The notes under the pieces: generated by a model
Told to the model about the DNA's origin: nothing
The model's database searches: none
Seen by the model: the letters and a program-made list of their open reading frames with translations, nothing else
Source: Escherichia phage vB_Eco_F25
Sequence record: OP870144.1
Strand: one strand, 5' to 3'
DNA length: 64,000 nucleotides
In this document: in pieces, positions 28,260-37,719 of the stretch
Position numbering within the stretch: the stretch's first letter is position 1
How the letters are laid out: every line of letters begins with the position of its first letter
Program-made: the position numbers and the translations under genes

Positions 28260-28538
28260 TTATTCTTTAAATCTAATCAATTTATTCATAGACTTTGTAA
28301 CTTCTGCACGAACCTCATGTAAGTTTTTAAGCTGTTCAAGACGCTGCTCATAGTAAGCAATTTCATCTTCTTCGAGACAGTCCTGTGAATCTTCTTTAAG
28401 ATAACGTGCATAGTCCTGGAAAGCGTTACGAACTACTTCCTGGAAATCATCAAGACTTTGAATTTTCTTAGGAGCAACAGATACACGACGAGGGGCAGTA
28501 TAATACTCATAACCAAACCCTGCGCTTAATTGAGCCAT
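28260..28538 (-). CDS. small hypothetical protein (92 aa)
   Basis: ATG at 28538 overlapping upstream stop; helical, acidic. Confidence 0.5.
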   Translation of the reverse strand: MAQLSAGFGYEYYTAPRRVSVAPKKIQSLDDFQEVVRNAFQDYARYLKEDSQDCLEEDEIAYYEQRLEQLKNLHEVRAEVTKSMNKLIRFKE

Positions 28539-28840
28539 TAATATTTTTCCTCTGGTTGGAACACAGCACGACAAGCCCACATACTGGCTTCTTTGAGTTT
28601 CGTTTTAGCAATAGTTAACTGATCGAGGCTTTCAGCATAATTCTTCGTGAATTCACAGTCTTCACAATTATCTAGTGCTTCCCAGAATTCATCATATAAA
28701 GCATCAAAGATAAGCCCTAAACGAACTTCAGCATCTTTAATAGCATTCACTTTACTGATTTTATCGTCAGTATGTGGCTTATAACCCTTAATATCTTCAA
28801 TCATATTTGACTTCCTCACCAGTACATAAATCATATTCAA
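28538..28840 (-). CDS. small hypothetical protein (start uncertain)
   Basis: Track ORF 100 aa; alternative ATG at 28804. Confidence 0.5.
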   Translation of the reverse strand: MNMIYVLVRKSNMIEDIKGYKPHTDDKISKVNAIKDAEVRLGLIFDALYDEFWEALDNCEDCEFTKNYAESLDQLTIAKTKLKEASMWACRAVFQPEEKY

Positions 28841-29018
28841 CTAAACGAATAGGTTCATGAATGCCATATCCTTGAACAGAAATTTCTGTCGTAGGATAAA
28901 TTCCACTAATATCACCCATGTTCCACGCTTCGTTAAATTGCTGTTCGCCTGAATTACTAAACCACTCGGCGAAAGCATTTAGCACATCTTCAGAACCTTC
29001 AATAATTATCTTTGCCAT
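28797..29018 (-). CDS. small hypothetical protein (73 aa)
   Basis: ATG overlapping the GrcA-like gene stop. Confidence 0.45.
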   Translation of the reverse strand: MAKIIIEGSEDVLNAFAEWFSNSGEQQFNEAWNMGDISGIYPTTEISVQGYGIHEPIRLVEYDLCTGEEVKYD

Positions 29019-29392
29019 TACAAACTCTCAGTAAAGGTACGAGCAATAACGTCGCGCTGCTGTTCCGGAGTCAGAGAGTTAAAGCGAACTGCATAACCGG
29101 ATACACGGATGGTCAACTGCGGATATTTTTCCGGATGCTTAACTGCATCTTCCAGAGTTTCACGACGCAGAACGTTAACGTTCAGGTGTTGACCACCCTC
29201 GATTTTAACTGTAGGTTGTGTTTCAATTTCAATTTCACGGGCATGCAAACCATAGAAAATTTCTGGGTCTACAAAAGAGTCCTCTTTAAAGGTTTTAGAG
29301 ACAATAATTCGTGCTTGAATACCGTCTTCAAAATAAATAGTACCTTTATGCGTGCCTTCAAGAATTTGATATGCTTTCATATAACCTCTCAA
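29018..29392 (-). CDS. autonomous glycyl radical cofactor (GrcA/YfiD-like)
   Basis: C-terminal [62 protein letters not shown] matches E. coli GrcA glycyl-radical domain (from memory). Confidence 0.85.
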   Translation of the reverse strand: MRGYMKAYQILEGTHKGTIYFEDGIQARIIVSKTFKEDSFVDPEIFYGLHAREIEIETQPTVKIEGGQHLNVNVLRRETLEDAVKHPEKYPQLTIRVSGYAVRFNSLTPEQQRDVIARTFTESL

Positions 29393-29715
29393 TTAGAAAA
29401 TAAATTTATCCAAGATTGCTCTTTAATTAAAAATGGCTCAGAATCATATGCCATTAAACTTTGGGTGATTAGTCCTTTAAAAGGTCCATCAATAAATTCC
29501 ATGGTAAAATATGGAATTTTATTCATTAATCTTGCATTAGGAGCAGTGCACAAAACTCTGCATCCTTTGAATACGCCTTTTTGTAATTTGTATTGCTTAG
29601 GATAAAATTCGCTCAAGACATTGTTATTTGCCAAAATTTCAAAATGATTCACCAATTTATTTTTAATAGTTTTTGGCGAAAAATAAAGATATTCGAAAAG
29701 TTGCGTATCTGTCAT
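29389..29715 (-). CDS. hypothetical protein
   Basis: Track ORF 29389..29769; ATG at 29715 overlaps upstream stop. Confidence 0.45.
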   Translation of the reverse strand: MTDTQLFEYLYFSPKTIKNKLVNHFEILANNNVLSEFYPKQYKLQKGVFKGCRVLCTAPNARLMNKIPYFTMEFIDGPFKGLITQSLMAYDSEPFLIKEQSWINLFSN

Positions 29716-30077
29716 CATTGCATTCCAATTACGAAAAACTGTGGACGAGTAATACCACCAATGCAACATTTACTATTGCAGCAGTAATGTACAGTGTCAA
29801 TATGGACACTATAAATTTTATCCATATCGGGAGCTTTAACAGGCTCATCAATTATATACAAAATTCGCGAAAGCAATAAACCCCTGAACTTGCTTCCTTT
29901 ATTGCCAATAAAACTGCGCACAGAATCAGTAAATAAGCGGAATCGAATATCATCATTAGAATAACGCGAAAATTCTTTTTTAATGTGGCCCGCAGAAATT
30001 TTAGCGTAAGCTGAAGTATTAGAAAGAACAATAACTGTTCCGCCATCATACAGCCAATTAGCAGCGAAGTTAGTCAC
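29715..30077 (-). CDS. hypothetical protein (120 aa)
   Basis: Track ORF; weak composition. Confidence 0.35.
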   Translation of the reverse strand: MTNFAANWLYDGGTVIVLSNTSAYAKISAGHIKKEFSRYSNDDIRFRLFTDSVRSFIGNKGSKFRGLLLSRILYIIDEPVKAPDMDKIYSVHIDTVHYCCNSKCCIGGITRPQFFVIGMQ

Positions 30078-30086
30078 AGCAGTTGA

Positions 30087-30287
30087 TTATTTACCGGATT
30101 GACGTCCACCATCTAGTCGAAGTGTGCAATACTGTTTGAGTAAGTCTTCAAATGGTGGGATATAATCGTTTTTACAAATTTCTTCTACTCTAGCATCAGA
30201 ATGGTGTGTAAAAGCATTCATCAGGGATAGATAAGGACCAGTTAAAAATGTTTTCATTTTGTTATCTCTAAATTTGGGCCATTCCAT
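30087..30287 (-). CDS. hypothetical protein (66 aa)
   Basis: Track ORF. Confidence 0.35.
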   Translation of the reverse strand: MEWPKFRDNKMKTFLTGPYLSLMNAFTHHSDARVEEICKNDYIPPFEDLLKQYCTLRLDGGRQSGK

Positions 30288-30434
30288 GGCGCATGAATTG
30301 TCCGTTTCTGTATTTACCCATTACCGCACTTGGGCTCGACCTTATTACAGGTTGGCGGGAATCCCTCACAGAATCATGAGGTCCAGCTTGTTCCCATGTT
30401 ATTTGAATGTAAATAGGCCTAAGTATAGGCCTTA

Positions 30435-31013
30435 TTAATTACCACGGGCTGCATTAGCAACGGCATAAGCGTACTGAACATTAGCGTCCTTAAACGTACC
30501 TTTAGAGGTATCTATTTCTGCCTTAAAGCCGCCTTTAGCCATAACATCGGCAAATTCTTTACGGAAAGCCATTGCATCAAGACCTTTCCATGATGATTTG
30601 TGCTTAGCGAATTCAAGACCAGCGTAGTTGACAGCCTTAGCTAATTTATTATCAATGACCCATTTACCGGCTTTAGGCACAAACTTCGGGCCTTTTTGTT
30701 TAGAGAACAGTTTTAAATTCCAGCGACGAAGATCACTGTCGGCTTTAACAAAAGCTGCGTCTAAGTTACTAGCAACAACATCTTCAATATGAGCAAATTT
30801 AAGTCCGTCAACTTCAATATTTAAATCGGTACGCCAGCGAAGTCCTTCCCAAGCGAAAGCTTTAAAATCGGAAGCTTTTGTAGCTAAGTATCGTTCAATA
30901 GGGGCTGTTTTAGGGTCAAAGCCGTTTCCACCACGATAGTTCCACTCGTCCTTATTAATGCCTTTTGCCTTTACTACAGAAGCTTCAGCAATAAATTCTT
31001 GATACGTTTTCAT
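30435..31013 (-). CDS. ipIII: internal head protein, IPIII-like, with capsid-targeting sequence
   Basis: N-terminal CTS MKTYQEFIAEA (prohead protease motif IAE-A); 192 aa, close to T4 IPIII size. Confidence 0.7.
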   Translation of the reverse strand: MKTYQEFIAEASVVKAKGINKDEWNYRGGNGFDPKTAPIERYLATKASDFKAFAWEGLRWRTDLNIEVDGLKFAHIEDVVASNLDAAFVKADSDLRRWNLKLFSKQKGPKFVPKAGKWVIDNKLAKAVNYAGLEFAKHKSSWKGLDAMAFRKEFADVMAKGGFKAEIDTSKGTFKDANVQYAYAVANAARGN

Positions 31014-31029
31014 TTTTGTTTCCTTGTTT

Positions 31030-31073
31030 GTTTTGATAGAGTAATTATATCATATTAATACTTAAGCGTAAAC
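31030..31073 (-). promoter_or_regulatory. candidate promoter upstream of the IPIII-like gene
   Basis: TTTAC-N18-TATAAT on minus strand. Confidence 0.4.
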
Positions 31074-31076
31074 TGT

Positions 31077-31337
31077 TTAAGCTTTACCGCCAGAAATAAT
31101 TCCGAAGTTGTTAAAATCATATCCAATATCGTCAACATCTACTTTAGGGCTTGCTACAACATAAGCAATTTCACTACGTTTTGCATAGGTGTTTATTTCT
31201 CTACCATCGCCGCCTAGGAAAGAATACCCATTACGTTTTAATGAGACAAAATCTTCGGCATCACCAACGAAAGCTTTAACTTTAAATTTGGGGCCTTTGG
31301 CATCTGCTTCAGCGATAAATTCTTGATACATTTTCAT
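31077..31337 (-). CDS. ipII: internal head protein, IPII-like, with capsid-targeting sequence
   Basis: N-terminal MKMYQEFIAEA CTS; 86 aa. Confidence 0.6.
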   Translation of the reverse strand: MKMYQEFIAEADAKGPKFKVKAFVGDAEDFVSLKRNGYSFLGGDGREINTYAKRSEIAYVVASPKVDVDDIGYDFNNFGIISGGKA

Positions 31338-31343
31338 TTTTCC

Positions 31344-31757
31344 TTAGTAAATTGATTTACCATAGTATTTGTACCAAGTAGGGCGTTGAGCAATTTTTTC
31401 ATCTAAGCGAGCTTGACTTATCGCAATGGACGCTTCGGACGGGACATAATTATTACGAAATTCGACAGGGATGTCGGAAATATCCTGGACAGTCGTGTCC
31501 TTGATTTTGAAACCACGTTTCAAGCATTCAGCGATTAGCTCGATTTGACGTAAACGTAAAAATTCGAGTTTGTCGTAAAAGAATGTTACGTGACCTGTGC
31601 CTAAGATAAATGTTGGAGAGATTTTAAAATCCTTTACACGTTTACCGTTTTGAACATGTTTACGGACTGCACCAAATACGCGTGGTAATTCACGATACTC
31701 AGCCATAAGATGTTGGTCGGTCAGTTCAGAAACAAGTGTTAAATTGATACGAGTCAT
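31344..31757 (-). CDS. denV: endonuclease V (pyrimidine dimer DNA glycosylase)
   Basis: ATG at 31757 ([33 protein letters not shown]), 137 aa; track start is a TTG artefact. Confidence 0.9.
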   Translation of the reverse strand: MTRINLTLVSELTDQHLMAEYRELPRVFGAVRKHVQNGKRVKDFKISPTFILGTGHVTFFYDKLEFLRLRQIELIAECLKRGFKIKDTTVQDISDIPVEFRNNYVPSEASIAISQARLDEKIAQRPTWYKYYGKSIY

Positions 31758-31790
31758 AATTTCCTCCAAGTAGTTGATGAATGTATAGTA

Positions 31791-32617
<827 letters not shown>

Positions 32618-33058
32618 TTAAAAGAGGTTGTTCATTATTCGGTAAAGTGAAGGACCCATCACATATTGCCACTGGGTACGAGGAATAAGAGCAAAAGCAT
32701 CCATCTCTGGAATCATAACGCCATCTTTATTTTCAAAATAAGACCCACAATGGCAATTTCTAAACATCTCATGCTCTACTGGAATCGTATAATAAAATAA
32801 CTGAAGGTCTTTATTACTAGAATATTTAAATACACCTAGGTCTTCTAGAAGGTCTGGATTATAATTGCTAAAACCAGTCTCTTCTAAACATTCTCTTCGT
32901 GCTGCATCTAGTGCGCTCAAATCAGAATTTTCTACACGGCCCTTTGGAATATCCCAGCGATGTGCCATCATTCCAGGCTTACGAGAACCAGTAACCCGTC
33001 CCATGAATAAATCTTTATCTTCTGTCATAAAGATAATACCAGCTGATAATGTTTTCAT
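32618..33058 (-). CDS. nudE: Nudix hydrolase
   Basis: Nudix box GRVENSDLSALDAARRECLEETG; ATG at 33058 with SD AGGA (track start 33073 is also ATG). Confidence 0.8.
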   Translation of the reverse strand: MKTLSAGIIFMTEDKDLFMGRVTGSRKPGMMAHRWDIPKGRVENSDLSALDAARRECLEETGFSNYNPDLLEDLGVFKYSSNKDLQLFYYTIPVEHEMFRNCHCGSYFENKDGVMIPEMDAFALIPRTQWQYVMGPSLYRIMNNLF

Positions 33059-33444
33059 TTTAATTTCCTGCATTCGGTGATAAAGTTATTTAAATTTTGA
33101 GTATATTTCTTTTCATCAAAAATCTTTTGTTGTCTGCGTAGCCGCCATGGCATTTCAATGAACGTGTACCATATCCCAGATAATATTGCTGCTGTAAAAA
33201 TATTAACAAGTATGGTTAAAAGAATCCAATCTTCTATTCTGTCCATTGGATTTTTTATGAAAAAGTAAAATACGAATGATGTCACAGGAAGACTAATAAT
33301 ATACCACAGAATCATAATTTTATCTGTGAACCAATCAGCGTTCGTTAACTTAGCGCTGCCATTTTGAATACATACAAACTTATCATCTGTTGCAGTAGAT
33401 GGCTTAACTGGTTGATATCCCATTCTAAACTCCCTAATCAACAA
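33055..33444 (-). CDS. membrane protein, paralog family member 1
   Basis: Two hydrophobic segments; C-terminal motif FITECRKLK. Confidence 0.5.
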   Translation of the reverse strand: MLIREFRMGYQPVKPSTATDDKFVCIQNGSAKLTNADWFTDKIMILWYIISLPVTSFVFYFFIKNPMDRIEDWILLTILVNIFTAAILSGIWYTFIEMPWRLRRQQKIFDEKKYTQNLNNFITECRKLK

Positions 33445-33538
33445 ATTTTCATATCTTCGGAACAGCCATTCCAGTCAACTCTATCAACTGGAATGCCATC
33501 ATCCCCATCATCTAAATCATACCAGCGAGTTTTTAAAA

Positions 33539-33901
33539 TCATTTAATTTTCCTACAATCACTCACAAACTCTTCCATTGATTCTTTTTCAATATAAGACA
33601 TGTAGTTATTATATTCCTTTAATTGTATTTTGTAATCCTTTTTTCTTTGCCAATTTATTTTAAAATTATCATAATGAAAATATAGCATGGTACCAAAGAA
33701 TGAAAATAATGAAATCGCTATAGTATAACGAAGTTCGCTCCAAACCTCTGTTATAATTGCTGAACTATCGACGTTTAAAATAAAACAGTCAATCATTAGT
33801 CCAATAAGACTACCCGCAAGAGCTGCAAATACTGATACGGCAAGAATTAATAGTGCCTCAAGAAACGAATATTTGACTTTATTTAGTTTTGGCTTTTGCA
33901 T
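33539..33901 (-). CDS. membrane protein, paralog family member 2
   Basis: Two hydrophobic segments; C-terminal motif FVSDCRKIK. Confidence 0.5.
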   Translation of the reverse strand: MQKPKLNKVKYSFLEALLILAVSVFAALAGSLIGLMIDCFILNVDSSAIITEVWSELRYTIAISLFSFFGTMLYFHYDNFKINWQRKKDYKIQLKEYNNYMSYIEKESMEEFVSDCRKIK

Positions 33902-34275
33902 CGTGATTCCTTAACAAATTTCATAATTTCATCAAATTCATACGCAGCAAGTTTAAGCTGATGTTCCTTTTTAATCTTTTTACACTGAGCTTTCCATTCA
34001 CGTACGCGTTTACGATAATGTCTTCCTTGATACCAGTATCCTACCCAATTTACAGGTACTAATAAAAGCGGAATTATTAATGGAAGAATTAGCGTTGCTC
34101 CAAATATTACACCGGATTCAATATCAGTCATAACGTCTATAACCATTCCAGCAATCAGCAGAATCACAAATGATACAGCTACCACAGGACCCATTAATAC
34201 ATCAGTAGAAATTATCTGGCGCTTTGGCTCATACTTCAAAGGTTTACTCGGAAGGTATAGTGATGGCTTTGACAT
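33883..34275 (-). CDS. membrane protein, paralog family member 3
   Basis: Hydrophobic segments; C-terminal FVKESRCKSQN; ATG at 34275 avoids overlap (track start 34296). Confidence 0.5.
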   Translation of the reverse strand: MSKPSLYLPSKPLKYEPKRQIISTDVLMGPVVAVSFVILLIAGMVIDVMTDIESGVIFGATLILPLIIPLLLVPVNWVGYWYQGRHYRKRVREWKAQCKKIKKEHQLKLAAYEFDEIMKFVKESRCKSQN

Positions 34276-34852
34276 ATTCTCTACATTCCTTAACAAATTT
34301 TTCTAATAATAAATCGCTTTCAAAATTAGGATTTTCTACGAATTTATCAAAAAGATCATCAACAATAGTAAAGATATTCTTTTTACTAAGAATACGCTTA
34401 TTTTCATATTTTGTTTCAGAGTCAACTATAAGAGTAAAGAAATATTTCTTTCCCTGAAATTTTACTGTAGTATCAATATAAAATAAATTTGACTTTTGTA
34501 AATTACGTCTAAACCCCGCGTCACTTAAACTATAAATGCCAAGATAGTCATAATCGTCGTTTAAATAACAAACTGTCCATTCAGGAGAAATGAAATCAGT
34601 AAATTCAACATCAAAATCACATGTCAATGAATGAATTGATTCAATACTGTTAATAAGTATTCCAGGACGTATTAAAGACTTTTTACCTCTATAAAATCTT
34701 CCAGAAAGACTTTCGTCAGTTTCATATGAAGACCCCCAATAGTAATTACGTCCTTCTGCCATACGTTTAAGAACATTTAGTAATTGGTCTGGAACATCAA
34801 CATGTCTTTGGAACTCTTCAAACATTGAATTGAAATCATTTTGCATTCTCAT
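34244..34852 (-). CDS. hypothetical protein (202 aa)
   Basis: Track ORF. Confidence 0.5.
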   Translation of the reverse strand: MRMQNDFNSMFEEFQRHVDVPDQLLNVLKRMAEGRNYYWGSSYETDESLSGRFYRGKKSLIRPGILINSIESIHSLTCDFDVEFTDFISPEWTVCYLNDDYDYLGIYSLSDAGFRRNLQKSNLFYIDTTVKFQGKKYFFTLIVDSETKYENKRILSKKNIFTIVDDLFDKFVENPNFESDLLLEKFVKECREYVKAITIPSE

Positions 34853-34867
34853 TCCTATTTACTCCAG

Positions 34868-34890
34868 TAATAGGGGCCGAAGCCCCTTAT
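34868..34890 (-). terminator. possible terminator hairpin
   Basis: GGGGC-TTCG-GCCCC hairpin; weak U-tract. Confidence 0.4.
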
Positions 34891-34892
34891 CA

Positions 34893-35486
34893 TTATTTCA
34901 GAGAATTAATGTATTCCTGAACATCGGCAGAAGTGGTTTCAACCCCAGAAATATTACCGTTAAAGGTTTCAACTCGAGCAAGAGTATCTTCAATATCAAC
35001 CTTAGTTAGCGCTGCGATTTCAACTACATCATCGGCAGTACTAATTCCAAGGGCATTTGCCGCACGAGTTTCACGGATATATTCCAATTTAACTGCAAGT
35101 TCTTGGCGAGCATCATCTAACTCAACTACTTTCTTGGCGATTTCAATTCGCATTTCAGCATAACCATCAGCCTTAGTAGTCAACTGTTCAGCTGTTCGAC
35201 GATATAGCAAACCGAGTTTAGCATGCATTGTTACATCTTGACCCTCGGAAAGAAGCTTGCGAATTTCACGCTCTTTTGATTCGGCTTGTCGATTCTTTTC
35301 GATAACAAGTTCACGAATACGTTTTTCTTCATTAATAGATTTAACAGAAGCAGTTTTTAGATCTTTAATTTTATCAAGCAGTTTTGCTGCTGCAGCAGTA
35401 TACTGTTCTTCAACAGATAGATTTTTAGCCATAGCAGAACCAAGTTTAGTGCGAATAAACTCAACAATTTTCTTCAGTGTGTTCAT
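34893..35486 (-). CDS. all-helical coiled-coil protein (weak PspA/IM30-like character)
   Basis: 197 aa, heptad-rich, Ala/Glu/Lys-rich throughout. Confidence 0.5.
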   Translation of the reverse strand: MNTLKKIVEFIRTKLGSAMAKNLSVEEQYTAAAAKLLDKIKDLKTASVKSINEEKRIRELVIEKNRQAESKEREIRKLLSEGQDVTMHAKLGLLYRRTAEQLTTKADGYAEMRIEIAKKVVELDDARQELAVKLEYIRETRAANALGISTADDVVEIAALTKVDIEDTLARVETFNGNISGVETTSADVQEYINSLK

Positions 35487-35587
35487 AGTATTTCCTTAGG
35501 TTAATTGAGATTTAAAATCCGTAGGAGTATAATACTCTATCGTCAAATTATAGGCTCATAATATCTCAATCATGAGCCCGTGTAAAC

Positions 35588-35851
35588 TTATTTCATATTA
35601 TTGAAATATTCTTCTGCGATTTCATCGTTATCATGGTAAACTTTAGAAGACAGTTTAACATAACCTTCAGCAGTGAACATATTAATCACAACTTTTACAG
35701 TATACCACTGACCGTCTTCATTACCCATTACTGCGTAAGTTTCAAACATCGGATGGTCAGGACCGATGACTTTAATATCATTCACTGTACGACCGAAATC
35801 TTCTGAAACGCATTTCATAAAGAAGTTGAACAGTTCGCCGTAATTATCCAT
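35588..35851 (-). CDS. hypothetical protein (87 aa)
   Basis: ATG at 35851 with SD GGAG (track start is a TTG artefact). Confidence 0.5.
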   Translation of the reverse strand: MDNYGELFNFFMKCVSEDFGRTVNDIKVIGPDHPMFETYAVMGNEDGQWYTVKVVINMFTAEGYVKLSSKVYHDNDEIAEEYFNNMK

Positions 35852-35882
35852 TTCATTCTCCAAGTTATTTTCTGTATCAGTA

Positions 35883-35924
35883 GTTGATAGTTGTATAGTA
35901 CCATGGAAGAACGGGGATGTAAAC
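35883..35924 (-). promoter_or_regulatory. T4-type early promoter
   Basis: GTTTAC ... TGGTACTATACAACTATCAAC on minus strand. Confidence 0.5.
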
Positions 35925-36091
35925 AGTTTTGTGAAAAAATTTTTTAAAAAGTTTTAGGGAATTCTAGGGAAGGGAGGGGCAATTAAAGGATAGGATAATA
36001 TATTATAAAGGGTAGAAACTAAATGATGCCTAGAGAGGTCCAGAAAGGCCTAGATACCAAAAAGCCCTATCATTTAGATAGGGATTTAAAA

Positions 36092-36655
36092 TTATTTATC
36101 TAGTTTAGTTATTATAGCTTCTGCGGCAGCTTTTAGCTTAGATGCGGTGTTAATACGATTTTTAATTTCAGTATACGCATCGCCAAGAACATCAAGGCTA
36201 TCAGAATAAACGCTTACACTATTGCGTTCGCTATTTGAAATAGAACCTTTAGTTTTACGATCAAAATCGATGTACACGTCTTGAAGATCACGGGCTGCCT
36301 TCTTTGCATCATCCAATGCATCAAGAGCTTTATTCAAAGCATTAACGTATTTTTTAGTGTCGAACATATTCTTAGAAATTTTAACAGGCGCACGTTCAGG
36401 AGTAGCTAAGGCAGATTTAGGAACCTGAGCGCCAGATGCCAGTTTCTTAGAAATTTTGAAAAATGCTTTATTGAATTTATTTTCTTGACTCATCGTAAAA
36501 GAACTATTATCAATGTTATACATTTCAATAGCTTTAGCTTTCCACTTAAGAAAATCGCCACGGTCTTTTGGGTCCAATTGGAAGAATACTTTAGTAAGTT
36601 CTGCTTCAGATGGTAATTTTGCTGCTTCGGTTAAAAATTCGGCATAGGTTTTCAT
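36092..36655 (-). CDS. capsid-targeted (internal-protein-like) protein, 187 aa
   Basis: N-terminal MKTYAEFLTEA CTS; Lys/Ala-rich. Confidence 0.6.
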   Translation of the reverse strand: MKTYAEFLTEAAKLPSEAELTKVFFQLDPKDRGDFLKWKAKAIEMYNIDNSSFTMSQENKFNKAFFKISKKLASGAQVPKSALATPERAPVKISKNMFDTKKYVNALNKALDALDDAKKAARDLQDVYIDFDRKTKGSISNSERNSVSVYSDSLDVLGDAYTEIKNRINTASKLKAAAEAIITKLDK

Positions 36656-36736
36656 TTAAAATCCTTGAAATAATTTATCGGTCAGTTATTAATTATTTAT
36701 TACTTTGTTATTATCCGTAACAGCATTCTCTATGCG

Positions 36737-36769
36737 ATTCAAACTAAAAAGCCCCAACCTTTCGGTCGA
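36737..36769 (-). terminator. rho-independent terminator
   Basis: AGCCTCGACC-GAAA-GGTTGGGGCT hairpin + TTTTTAG; near-identical copy at 37299. Confidence 0.6.
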
Positions 36770-36780
36770 GGCTAAGAATG

Positions 36781-37254
36781 TTATTTGATTTGTTTAGCAG
36801 ACCAAATGCGGTCTTTGATGATTTTTTGGAGATCTTCAACATACTCTAGGTCATGAGCATGTGGATTATCTTTGAAACTATAGGCACGGGCTAATTTTTG
36901 GCCTTCGGTTTTAATTACTAAAAGCTCTTTAAGGATAGCTTCATATTTAGCGATAATTCCTTTAACAATATTTTTTTCTTGTGCAGCTTTAGGATCTGCT
37001 TTAGGAGCAGGTTTACCGGAAGGTTTTTCGAAAGCCGCACCAGTAGCAACCAGACTTTTCCAGGCGGTGGTAACATAGTTACCCACAAAGCCTTCAGCTC
37101 TCATATCGTCGTAGAACTTGTACCGGGATTCGTCAGAAGCATCTTTATAAGAATATTTACCAGATTTAATAGCAGCAGTTGCTACAGCGCGAACATCTGA
37201 AGCGGATGCTTCATTTAACACCGCTTCATTTAAAAATTGAGCATATGATTTCAT
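36781..37254 (-). CDS. capsid-targeted (internal-protein-like) protein, 157 aa
   Basis: N-terminal MKSYAQFLNEA CTS-like sequence; late-promoter-like TATAAATA upstream. Confidence 0.6.
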   Translation of the reverse strand: MKSYAQFLNEAVLNEASASDVRAVATAAIKSGKYSYKDASDESRYKFYDDMRAEGFVGNYVTTAWKSLVATGAAFEKPSGKPAPKADPKAAQEKNIVKGIIAKYEAILKELLVIKTEGQKLARAYSFKDNPHAHDLEYVEDLQKIIKDRIWSAKQIK

Positions 37255-37291
37255 CTTATTTCCTGTTTTAATTCGTGGTTTTAATATACTT

Positions 37292-37299
37292 ATTTATAC
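37292..37299 (-). promoter_or_regulatory. late promoter TATAAATA
   Basis: Exact TATAAATA on minus strand about 40 nt upstream of the 36781..37254 start. Confidence 0.45.
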
Positions 37300-37331
37300 T
37301 AAAAAGCCCCAACCTTTCGGTCGGGGCTAAG
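37299..37331 (-). terminator. rho-independent terminator after stable RNA region
   Basis: AGCCCCGACC-GAAA-GGTTGGGGCT hairpin followed by TTTTTAG. Confidence 0.6.
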
Positions 37332-37377
37332 CCTTGCGGCAACCTTGTCGGGGTTCCACCTGCTAAGGCAAGTGTTT

Positions 37378-37537
37378 GTACGAAACGCCGGGATTCGAAC
37401 CCGGTTATTAAGCAGTTGACGCTACTCAATATTTTTAAAAGGCCATATCTCGACCATATCCGAACGTTCCGTCAAAAACGCTACTCGGCTTACGGCAAAG
37501 ATATTTCCTCGAATCGATAATTCGGTGCGCCGTTTCT
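37378..37537 (-). ncRNA. tRNA-like stable RNA (T4 RNA C/D-like)
   Basis: About 160 nt ending in T-arm CCGGG-TTCGAAT-CCCGG plus acceptor-like CGTTTCG pairing with upstream GAAACG; no ORF. Confidence 0.4.
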
Positions 37538-37644
37538 GCTGTGATATAAGGGGACATTAACAAAACATAAAGATTTATTAATGCCAGTCCTTAAACAGGG
37601 AACATCAGTCCGACGACTTGCCGGTAGCGACCCGGCTTCTTGTT

Positions 37645-37719
37645 TGGTATCCCGCCCTGGGATCGAACCAGGACCGCAAACTTAGAAGGATCGTATGCTA
37701 TCCATTACACCAGCGGGAC
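37645..37719 (-). tRNA. tRNA-Arg (anticodon TCT), CCA encoded
   Basis: Cloverleaf GTCCCGC...CTTCTAA...CCTGG-TTCGATC-CCAGG...GCGGGAT-ACCA. Confidence 0.85.
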
